64,000 bases of DNA from the human T2T-CHM13v2.0 reference genome, Homo sapiens. Positions 53,735 through 64,000 of this stretch are shown piece after piece. The stretch lies in assembly GCF_009914755.1 (NCBI RefSeq), contig NC_060938.1; one strand, given 5' to 3'. The notes below the pieces were generated by a model that made no database searches, was not told the origin of the DNA, and was given only the letters and a program-made list of their open reading frames with translations. Each line of letters opens with the position of its first letter. Position 1 is the stretch's first letter. The position numbers and the translations under genes were made by a program.

Positions 53735-56700
53735 CACTCTTGAAAGTGTCACCTTCTAGCCAGTGGCCAACTAACACAAAACCAATTCACTAAACAAAAA
53801 CACAACAAAGGACCCTCAGAGAGTCCACTTCACTCCCTGCTACCTCCACTGGAGCAGGTACTGGTATCCTCGGCTGCAAGACCTGAAGACAGATCACATC
53901 ACAGGACGCTTTGCAGACACTCGCCAGTACCAACCCAGAGCCCAAGAGCTCCACTAGATGGCTAGGCCCAGAAGAGCCAAAACAATCACTAGAGTTTGGC
54001 TCTCAGGAAGCCGCATTCCTGAGAGCGGAGCACCACCTAAGGGAGCACCCCGTGTCCCAAAGAATCTGAACAGCAGCCCTTGAATCCCAGATCTTACCTC
54101 TGACATCGTCTACCCAAATGAGAAGGAACTAGAAAAACAATTCTGGTAATATGACAAAATGAGGTTCTTTAACACCCCCAAAAGATCATACTGGCTCACC
54201 AGCAATTGATTCAAACCAAGGTGAAATCTCTGAATTGCCAGAATAATAACTATAATAATTCAGAAAGTGAATTATTAAGCTAATCAAGGAGGCACCAGAG
54301 AAAGGTGAAGTCCAACTTAAAGAAATCAAAAACATGATACAGGATATGAAAGGAAAATTCTTCAGTGAAATAAATAGCATAAATAAAAAACTCTCACAAC
54401 ATCTGGAAATCAAGGACACACTTAGAGAAATGAAGTCCCAGCAATAGAATCAAACAAGCAGAAAAAAGACCTTCAGAGCTCAAAGACAAGGTTTTCAAAT
54501 TAACCCAATCCATCAAAGTCAAAGAAAAAAGAATTTTTAAAACTGAACAAAGCCTCCAAGAAATTTGGTACTATGCTAAGCATCCAAACCTAAGAATAAT
54601 TGGTGTTCCCAAGAAAGAAGAGAAATCTGAAAGTTTAGAAAGCGTATTTGAGGGGATAATTGAGGATTAAGTGGGTTTCAGATGCAGAGATGGTTTAACA
54701 TATGTCAGTCAATAAATGTGATATACCACATAAACAGAAATAAAATTAAAAATCACATGATCACCTCAAGAGACACAGAAAAAGCATTTGACAAAATCCA
54801 GCATCCCTTTATGATTAATACCCTCAGCAAAATCGGCATAGAAGGGACACACCTTAAGGTAATATAAGCCGTCTATGACACACACACAGCCAACATTATA
54901 CTGAACAGGGATAAGTTGAAAGCATCCCTCATGAGAACTGGAATAAGACAAAGATGCCCACTTTCACCGCTTCTATTCAACATAGTACTGGAAGTCCTAG
55001 CCAGAGCAGTTAGACAAATAAATGGCATCCAAGTCAGTAAAGAGGAAGTTAAACCATTGCTATTTGCCAATGATATGATGGTATACCTAGAAAACCCAAA
55101 AAGACTCATCCAAAAAGCTCTTAGAACTGATAAATGAATTCAGCAAAGTTTCAAGACACAAAATTAACATACACAAATCAGTAGCTCTGCTATACACCAA
55201 CAGCAGCCAAGCTGAGAATCAAATCAAGAACTCAACCCCGGCCAGGCATGGTGGCTCACACCTGTAATCCCAGCACTTTGGGAGGCCGAGGCAGGCAGAT
55301 CACGAGGTCAGGAGATCGAGACCATCCTGGCCAACGTGGTGAAACCCTGTCTTTACTAAAAATACAAAAATTAGCTGGGCATGGTGGCGCACACCTGTAG
55401 TCCCAGTTACTCAGGAGGCTGAGGCAGGAGAATCACTTGAACCTGGGAGGCAGAGGTAGTGAGCAGAGATCACGCCACTGCACTCAATATGTGAAAATGA
55501 CCATACTGCCAAAAGCCCTCTGCAAATTAAATGCAATTCCCATTAAAATACCACCAACATTCTTCACAGAACTAGAAAAAACAATCCTGAAATTCACATG
55601 GAACCAAAAAAGAGCCTGTGAGTCAAAGCAATACTAAGCATAAAGAACAAATCTGGAGGCATCACATTACCCAACTTCAAACTATAAGGGCATAGTCACC
55701 AAGACAGCATGGTACTGGTATAAAAATAGACACATAGACCAATGAAACAGAATAGAGAACCCAGAAATAAAGACAAATACTTACAGCCAACCGATCTTTG
55801 ACAAAGCAAACAAAAACATAAAGTGGGAAAAGGACACCCTATTCAACAAATGGTGCTGGGATAATTGGCAAGCCACATGTAGGAGAATGAAACTGGATCC
55901 TCATCTCTAACCTTATACAAAAATCAACTGAAGATGGATCAAAGACTTAAAGACCTGAAACCATAAAGATTCTAGAAGATAACATCAGAAAAACCCTTCT
56001 AGACACTGGCTTAGGCAAAGACTTCATGACCAAGAACCCAAAAGCAAATGCAACAAAAACAAAGACAAATAGATGGGACTCAATTAAACTAAAAAGCTTC
56101 TTCACAGCAAAAGAAATAATCAACAGAGTTAACAAACAACCCACAGAGTGGGAGAAAATCTTTACAAAATCTATACATGTGACAAAGGACTAATATCCAG
56201 AATCTAAAAAGAACTCAAACAAATCATCAAGAAAAAACAAACAATTCCATCAAAAAGTGGGCTAAGGACATGAATAGACAATTCTGAAAAGAAGATATAC
56301 AAATGGCCAATAAGCATATGGAAAAAATGCTCAACACCACTAATTATCAGGGAAATGCAAATCAAAACCACGACGTGATACCACCTCACTCCTGCAAGAA
56401 TGGCCATAATCAAAACATAAAAAAATAATAGATGTTGGCATGGATGCGGTGAAAAGGGAACACTTTTACACTGTTGGTTGGAATGTAAAATAGTGCAACC
56501 ACTAGGGAAAACAATGTGGAGATTCCTTAAAGAACTAAAAGTAGATCTACCATTTGATCCAGCCATCCCACTACTAGGAAAAGAAGTCATTATATAAAAA
56601 AGATACTTGCACATGTGTGTTTATGGCAGCACAGTTTGCAATTGCAAAAATATGGAACCAGCTAAAATGCCCATCAGTCAATGAGTATACAAGGAAATGT

Positions 56701-57083
56701 GGTATATGTATATACCATGGAGTACTACTCAGCCATAAAAAGGAATGAAATAACGGCATTCACAGCAACCTCGATGAAATTGGAGACTATTATTCTAAGT
56801 GAAGTAACTCAGGAATGTAAAACCAAATATTGAATGTTCTCACTCATATGTGGGAGCTAAGCTAGGAGGACACAAAGGCATAAGAATGATGCATGGGACT
56901 TTGGGGACTTGCGGGAAAAGGTTGGGGTGGCGAGAGATAAAAGAGTTCACATTAGGTACAGTGTACACTGCTTGGGTGATGGGTGCACCAAAATTTCAGA
57001 AATCACCACCAAGGAACTTACTCATGTAACCAAACACCTCTGTTCCCCAAAAACCTATTGAAATAAAAAAAATAAATTAATAA
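53735..57083 (+). mobile_element. L1PB (L1PB1-like): partial 5' UTR, ORF1 5' half, internal deletion, ORF2 RT and C-terminus, 3' UTR and A-tail
   Basis: 5' UTR 'ctccctgctacctccactggagcagg'; ORF1 start 'atgagaaggaact' at 54118; ORF2 RT peptides '[10 protein letters not shown]', '[19 protein letters not shown]', 'LFANDM'; 3' end 'aacctattgaaataaaaa'; possible TSD attaatg. Confidence 0.95.
55240..55485 (+). mobile_element. AluSc-type, 3'-truncated, inside L1PB
   Basis: 'gatcacgaggtcaggagatcgagaccatcctggccaac'; stops at 'gccactgcactc' with no A-tail. Confidence 0.93.
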
Positions 57084-57249
57084 ATTAATGTTTGTGTTAT
57101 TCAAATACCCATAGGAGAAGTAATCTCCTTGAGACTGGAGCTCCATTTTCTTCACTTTTCTATGCCTGGAAATACCTCACAAAATGACTACAGAGTAGTT
57201 ACCCAAGAGGTATTTGTTGACTCGTTATCTCTTACAGAATTTTAGATAC

Positions 57250-57600
57250 CATCTATACTTCTTTTCTTACTGTACATTTTCCCTGGGTGAGCTCTCATTT
57301 ATTCCTGCGGATGCACACATACCCTGACCAGTCACAGATCTCTACCTCCAGCTCAGGCTCTTCTCCTGAGCTCCAGCCCCACGTGTCCAAGTGTCTGCTG
57401 GGAATCTCCTAGATGTTGTGGGCTAACTCCAACTCAGAATGCCCATGTCTGAACTGTTAGTATTTCTTTCCAGAATGGCCATTTCTTACACTTCCCCTAC
57501 CTTGGCTAACAGGAAAATCGTTATCTACTCAGTTGCCTAAATCACAATTTTGAGGCGTAGAAACTTTCCCTCGTCCTTTCCTCCCATTTTTAATCAAACA
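57250..57600 (+). mobile_element. L2 fragment
   Basis: 'ccctgggtgagctctcatt...cagatctctacctccagctcaggctcttctcctgagctccag...gtgtccaagtgtctgctgg'. Confidence 0.8.
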
Positions 57601-58114
57601 TGTTTACATTCTTCTTTTTCCTTCTGGTTTAGGATCTCCTCCAAGACGGTTTCTGTCTCATTACTTATTAGCCTTGCCTAGGCCAAGGCTTGATTTAGGA
57701 TATGTATGTTTTTAATACATGTCTAATGAATGGGAATTTTTTGTAGCTTTTAGATTTTCTGTTGAGAAACACACATAAACACATACTCACAAACACGTGT
57801 GTGCCTGGAAGCACATACATGTAGTATTCACCCAAGTCGTCCAAGTTCACTGAGTCCTGTCCAGACCTTTAATTCTCTCAGTTTATTTGTGAGATTGTTG
57901 TGTGGCACAAGCTTACAGGCATGTGTAATTGTTAAGGGAATATGGATTGAGAACTCTGCCATGATAACTCATAGCTCCTTCTGGGTAGTTAAGCCTTACA
58001 TCCCATTCTGCCAAACCCTTCTCAGACATTCAACCATTTTCTTTCTCCCTTGTTAACAAATTTTTTAAAATATTTTTTAAAAGGAAAGAAAAGAAAATCC
58101 TACCTTATGAAATC

Positions 58115-58149
58115 ATCTTGGCCTTGATGAGAATCTTGGCCTTGATGAG
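58115..58149. repeat. Perfect tandem duplication, 18-bp period
   Basis: atcttggccttgatgaga followed by atcttggccttgatgag. Confidence 0.9.
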
Positions 58150-59089
58150 CTTAGATTCTCAATTGACTATTTTCCATTCTGTCACTAAGATGTATTTGGA
58201 AAACAACAAATAACCCCTGAGCCCTGCTATTGTTTCTTTATGGTTTATGTTTCATGCTGTGCTGCTTAGCCAGCAGGGAGGGAGGCTTAACTGACAAACC
58301 CAGTTTTTGTAGCTGTGCTGATATCATCCACAATTCAAAGCCACAGTGAAAAATTACAAATCAGCCTCAGCCATGTTTTTTTGTTGTTCTTCTTACTGAG
58401 AAACACACATGCACAGACAAAGAAGTTCCATGTTTGCTGAGTGGGACCAAGCAATCTTGGTGTAGAATGAAGAAAAAATGGTGAAACTATGGAGGGTGAA
58501 ATTATTTAAACTGTAAAAAGCAAATGACTTTGTTTTCCGGATCTTTTATACCACCTCCTTTGATGCAGCCTGCTTCCTGCATGAAGCCTGTTTTGTTTGT
58601 TACTTGTTTTCTTATCCTGAGATTGCGCTAAAATTGCATGACTCTGTTACAATTCTTGGATAACTTTTCAAGAACCACTTTGGAAAAATTATTGTACAAT
58701 AGTATCTCTCTGGAATCCAGTTTTATTCTCTCCCAGTCACTTACTTTGCCAATGGCCCATTAGCTGTGTAAGTGATGTAGCTCTTCCTTTTTTCACTCAT
58801 GGATTACTTCTGCTTGGCATATCTTCTTTCACCTTGAGCAGCAGTCAAAATTTTACTTATTTCTTAATATTCAACTTAAATATCACCTTTGTGAAAAGCC
58901 TTTCGGGTTCATATTATTATGATCTATTCATATTTATTCAGTTCTCTAGTAAGTACTGTATGCATAAGTAGGCATCTGATAAATATTTATTAAGTTGATA
59001 TTAACATATGGCTTAAGAAATTGCTAATTTTATAATACAGTAGTTTTATTTTTTATGCAAACAACAAAAGACATCTTAAAAAGCTATTC

Positions 59090-59379
59090 TTTTTTTTTTG
59101 AGAAGGAGAGTCTCACTGTGTTGCCCAGGCTGGAGTACAGTGGCGCAGTCTTGGCTCACTGCAACCTCTACCTCCCAGGCTCAAGCAATTCTCTGCCTCA
59201 GCCTCCCGAGTAGCTGGGATTACAGGTGTCCGCTGCCACGCCCAGCTAATTTCATATTTTTAGTAGAGACGGGGTTTCACCATCTTGACCAGGCTGGTCT
59301 TGAACTCCTGATCTCGTGATCCACCCACCTCGGCCTCCCAAAGTGCTGGGATTACAGATGTGAGCCACTGCGCCCGGCC
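59090..59379 (-). mobile_element. AluS (Sg-type)
   Basis: Full Alu with 'aattctctgcctc', 'ccatcttgacc', 'ctcgtgatcc'; TSD aaaaagctatt. Confidence 0.94.
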
Positions 59380-59899
59380 CAAAAAGCTATTTTCTTTTTA
59401 AGCCTCAACAATACATTTTAAAAAATACAAGAGAAAGAATGTTTGTTAAGAAAAAAATTTAGACATACAAGTGTGCAATTTAGAGAAACTTTTTTTCTAA
59501 AATATTATAAATTTAGAAAAATTTTGCAAACAGAAAACACTGTAGGGACAATATATGATAAGTAAATTGTACTTCAGCAACTCATTGCTTTTTAGATACC
59601 ACTGAATTATTTGCACTAATGGAGGAACATTGTTATACCAACCTATTTATATTTGATCCACATTTTAAGATTCCTGTTCAGCTTATTTACTTTCTTACTT
59701 ATGTCTTATCTGGATTCTTATTAACGTTAGTTCTCCCTTACTTGCTTGGAGGAGAAATCATTAGAAACATGCTGAGAACTGGGAGATGGCCACTTCAAGT
59801 TTAAATTTGCTATGAAGAAGCTACCAATAACCTTCTTTCAGTCTAAATTAAGGTGGCCTGTAGTTTTACAACCCAAAGCATGATTGTGGGATGCTAATT

Positions 59900-60420
59900 T
59901 AGGGAACTATTCTGCAGAAACCATGACACAATCAGCTTGCTGGTCCGTATTTAGAACCATACTTGGAAATTGTGCTCAGGTCTGCAATTTGTAATTCATG
60001 GGTAGGGGTTGAATCTAGAGGTGGCTGAGAGTTCAGCCACAAAGGTGATAAAAGGATTGGGAAAGAACTATGAAGGAATTTAAAGAAACTGGGATTAGCT
60101 TGGAAAGAGAGGAAGATAAAGAGCAATTTAATCGCAATCTTTATGTACATAGAGAAGCTTAGCGGAACACAGTGACCAGTGTTTTCTGCCTCACCTGAGG
60201 ACAACACAAGAGGCTTAAACTGCAATATGAGGGATTTGGGATAGGCATAAGGAAGTATCTACTAACAAGCAAAATTGGAGTAGACTACTGAGAAATATGG
60301 TAGAATTTCCATCTCTGAGGACTGAAAATGTATATATTCTATTCCTTTCGAGTGTTTTAAGGTAAATCTTGCTCAAAGATGTTGACCTGAACTTGATGGC
60401 TTCCTGGAAATCCATTCATT
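59900..60420 (+). mobile_element. L3/CR1 3' fragment
   Basis: 'gccacaaaggtgataaaaggattgg...ttaaagaaactggga...gcttaaactgca...ggcataaggaag...gaatttccatctctgagg'. Confidence 0.65.
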
Positions 60421-60770
60421 GTGTGACATTACTGTTTTTAGAAGCTTCTTCATAGATGGCAGGGAGGAGCAAGTACACCAATCAAGTCACGGGCAGTGTG
60501 ATATGGAGAAAAGGGCTCCAGGCTGAGAGGCAAGGGAACTTGATTGCTGTCTCTGATGTACTGCAATTAGTTGAGTGTTCTTATACTTGTCACTTAACTC
60601 CTCTGTGCTTCGGTTTTCTAATCTATAAAATGAGGGAGCCAACCTAAATGGCTCAAAAAGGAGTTTAAAAGTAAGAAAGCATAATATTCAGTAAACATAA
60701 GCTAAAACCCTCTCCCGGGCCAGCCACGGAGCAAGACTTCTTCACGTATTATCTTCTAGAGCATCTCATC

Positions 60771-61108
60771 TGATATAGTTTGATTGTGTCCCCACCCAAA
60801 TCTCACCTTGAATTGTAGCTCCCATAATTCCCACGTGTTGTGAGAGGGACCCGGTGGGAGGTAATTGAATCATGGTGGTGGGTCTTTCCTGTGCTGTTTT
60901 CATGATAGTAAATAAGTCTCACAAGATCTGATGGTTTTATAAAGGGGAGTTCCCCTACATAAGCTCTCTTGCCTGGTGCCGTGTAAGACGTAACTTTGCT
61001 CCTCCTTGCCTTCTGCCATGATTGTGCAGCTTCCCCAGCCATGTGGAACTGCAGGTCCATTAAACCCTCGGGTATGTCTTTATTAGCGCATGAGAACATA
61101 CTAATACA
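60771..61108 (+). mobile_element. Solo LTR THE1B (MaLR), inserted in a MIR
   Basis: 'tgatatagtttgattgtgtccccacccaaatctcaccttgaattgtagctccc' ... 'atactaataca'; TSD tcatc / tcctc; the MIR continues at 61109-61250. Confidence 0.93.
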
Positions 61109-61739
61109 TCCTCCAACCCATTTTACAGGTGAGCAAACTGAGGGCCAGAGAGACTAAGTGACTTGCCAGTTTTACATAGCTAGTTTCAGTTCTGGGTAGA
61201 ACCCAAATCTCCTGACTCCTAGGCCAGGACTCATTTATTTTACTGAGCTAGGTCTTTGATAATCATGCTTTGATACAGTCTTTGAGAATCCATTCTAGTT
61301 TTTCTTTACTTCGTTTCTTTTTTTCTTCCAGAAATGTTTATTATGCCCTACTAAATGATAGGCACTATGTTAGGTACAGAATGGAACTCTGATGGACTCT
61401 TCCAGGATTTTAAATTCAAAACTCAAGTGTTTCAGTTAGTGAAGGAGGCTTCTGGATCTTTCCAGGCATGTAGATGTCTTTAAAGATGCAATCAGGCCTC
61501 CTCGTCACAAGTGTGTGGCCAGAGATGGAGAAACAAAAGATTGACATAAGTATCCTCCAAGGTTTGGAGTCACTTCTGGCTTTGCCTAAGAAGGCAGTAG
61601 GGCACTCTTGCCTTTCTTCAAATAGTCTCTTCCCTTTCTCTCCCTCCAGGCCCCAGATATGGATGCTTAGCATGACTTAGGCGAAACTTTTCCAACTCCC
61701 ACAACTGCACCCCTGTTCTCTCCTTGGGGTCCAAGGCCA

Positions 61740-61965
61740 GTTATTCAGTTTGAAGACTGCCTGGGTTTAAATCCTACTTTCCCACATACCAACTGTTGAC
61801 CTTAGATTAGTTACTTAATGCATTCTGTGAAATGGCAGTAATACTGATATCCACCTCAGAGGGTTGTTATAAGAATTAAATAAAACAATTCCAGTAGAGC
61901 TGTGATTCTTACTAAAAAAGTAATAAGTGTTAGCACTCAATAAGTTTTAGCAATTTATATTAATA
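61740..61965 (+). mobile_element. MIR
   Basis: 'gactgcctgggtttaaatcct...tgaccttagattagttacttaa...cacctcagagggttgttataagaattaaat'. Confidence 0.8.
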
Positions 61966-62334
61966 TTTCCAATGTAGCGATAATACTGTCCTCCTCAGCA
62001 ATGGTCCCTTCAGCCCAGTTTTGAGACCAAACCCCTCCCAGGTCTTTTTAAATTGTGCTTTTTTCTTCAGGGTCCGTCAACTGGGGTATATTTCTGTTTG
62101 GAGACAGTGTACAGACACTTACATATTCAGATTCTATAGTCTGACCATCCTAAGTTCAAATCCCTGCTCTAATGTATAATTGGAGGAAACCTTCCTGTAA
62201 GTATGATGGGCATGCCTACATAACGGCTTTGAAATACATGTGCTGGCCATTCATGAATTTAATTTTGTTCCTTTAGAACCATTTAACAGAGCATATTATT
62301 ATGCCATTAATTATTATTAGTAGTAATAATAATG

Positions 62335-62590
62335 ATAGTCATTATGTATTAAGGGCCTACTCTGTGTTAGCACTGTGCTAAATGTTTTGCATACATTATA
62401 TCTAACTTTTACAATAACCCTCTAAAGTAAGTTGTTTCATCCCCCTTTTATACCTGAAAAAATTGAGACTAAGGAAGGTAAATAAATTGTCCAAGATTAC
62501 AAGCTAGTAAGAGACAGAGCCAGAATTTAGTCTGAAAATCAGGTTTCTGTAGCTCCAAAGCCCAAAGCCCATGATCACTATAACTCCTTC
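62335..62590 (-). mobile_element. MIR
   Basis: 'gcactgtgctaaatgttttgcatacattat...gaaaaaattgagactaaggaaggtaaataaattgtccaag...cagagccagaattt'. Confidence 0.85.
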
Positions 62591-62671
62591 CTTACCATCT
62601 GAGATGGTAAGGACAAGGCATCTTACCTCTAGGTTGGGAGCTAAAGATCATAATGGTTTCGGCCTTACTAG

Positions 62672-62770
62672 TATGATTAGCTTAGTGAAAATATGATTCA
62701 CTTAGTGAAAATATTTATCAGCTTAATGAAATTTTATTAGCTTAATGAAACTTTCATTAGCTTAATGAAA
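62672..62770. repeat. ~20-bp minisatellite, 5 units, palindromic consensus
   Basis: attagcttagtgaaa / attcacttagtgaaa / atcagcttaatgaaa / attagcttaatgaaa / attagcttaatgaaa, separated by 4-6 nt. Confidence 0.9.
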
Positions 62771-63089
62771 AGATTTTCTCTTGCTGGCAAAATAATTCAT
62801 GTACTGCTTAATCAATGTTGAATCATTATTCTTACTAGATTTATACAACCTATTTCATTGTCTCGCCTTTAACACAGTGTGAAAATTTGCTGAAAAACTG
62901 AGAGATGTCATTTTTAGAAACCAACATCTTTGATTTTTTTTTAAAAGAACTTAGTTCTATTCATCATTTTGGGTCCATACCTAAAACAGCTCTTGATGTG
63001 TAAGACATGCTTTATAAATTTGTGTTGAATGACATGAATGAATGAGAATTCAGTCTGGTTAAAAACAGCTTTATTTTAAAGCACTTGAT

Positions 63090-63280
63090 ACAGTGAAATG
63101 AGCTGTGGACACACGTCAAATAATCTATTCTCTAGATTTAGCCTGGCATTGACCCGCTGTGTGACTTACGTCAAGCCACTATTTCTTGACTGGCCCTCAC
63201 ATGCAATTTATCCTTTGCAAAATGATGGGATTTAATCTAAATGATTGCTAAGGTTCCTTCCAGGTCTCAGCTTTTGCAGC
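63090..63280 (+). mobile_element. MIR3-like fragment
   Basis: 'gctgtgtgacttacgtcaagccact...tgcaaaatgatggga...aaatgattgctaaggttccttccagg'. Confidence 0.65.
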
Positions 63281-64000
63281 TTCCTATAGACTGTGAACAT
63301 GGGAATACAGTCTGATTTTCTCAGTGACTCATCTGGGACCCTAGAAACTGGCAGATTGGGAAAGAAAACTAATATTCTCTAAAACTGAATTTCTTAACTT
63401 ACAGATTATAAAACTCTACTTTTTACCATGTCTAAAAATTCAGTATTCGTGGAACAGCTGATATTATCTTTTGCTGATGGGCAAAATTAACAGGCACCTT
63501 TGAGACCTAGCTTCATATCTATGAAAATTCATTAAGTTGAAAGTTCATTTGTAAACAAGCTTCTCTAGACAGCTGAGAAGTGATTGTTCTATCTTGCATT
63601 GTATATATTTTAATCTTTTGTATTGACCTGTAGTCATCTCACTGGTCAAGCTAACATGTTTTTGATAGCCAAGAGTTGGAAAACCTGGTCACTATTGGCC
63701 TAATTGTACTCTTGGACCACCCATGGAACTCTTGGCAATTAGATTTTCTTATAAAACTCTTTCCTAGAGGGCCCTTTGTGGATAAGATGAGCCTCACATT
63801 GCATTTTAGAATAGTACGTGCTAAGAAGCAGTGCAAGTAAAAGTGTGACATTATAGAAGATGCCTCTGGCTTACTCATCTTCATTATGACAGGAATTTGC
63901 CATTGTCAATGTCTTATATGTTGTAGAATGAGAAAGAAATGACTCTTTGGAGTAGATATCTGCAATAAAATCTGGATTGATCTACTTACAGTCAGTTTCA

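Noticed and set aside
61118-61134. cattttaCAG|GTGAGC fused splice motif (similar at 7462 and 27453)
   Set aside because: Very short pyrimidine tracts; two of the three are MIR core sequence, so they are much weaker than the 22841 site
62672-62770. CRISPR-like appearance of palindromic repeats
   Set aside because: Primate DNA, no unique spacers of suitable length and no cas genes

Overview
Primate (most likely human) non-coding genomic DNA, AT-rich and CpG-poor. I could not support any host protein-coding exon, RNA gene or CpG island, so the window reads as part of a very long intron or intergenic DNA. It is layered with transposons. There are 16 Alu copies, including a triple-nested Alu at 18.0-19.0 kb and a tandem pair at 30.0-30.6 kb. 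Also present are two primate L1 copies (20.3-21.8 kb and 53.7-57.1 kb), several older L1M fragments, a full-length Tigger1 (36.3-39.0 kb), MER1B, solo LTRs (MLT2A, THE1B and an unassigned LTR-like element), and many ancient L2, L3/CR1 and MIR fragments. All long ORFs in the track are repeat-derived, low-complexity or apparently random. Four signals are not explained by the repeat annotation. (1) A ~130-bp, ~90%-identical non-Alu inverted repeat (48215-48344 / 49566-49698) that looks like a local templated inverted insertion. (2) A 210-nt AG-free pyrimidine tract ending in TAG|GTAAGA (22841-22848) with a downstream donor, which has the architecture of a recursive splice site and a 60-nt poison exon. 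(3) A palindromic ~20-bp minisatellite at 62.7 kb. (4) A duplicated 26-bp TGACA/forkhead/E-box module at 13205 and 14179. Repeat subfamily names come from my recollection of consensus sequences, not from a database search, and boundaries of old repeats are approximate.
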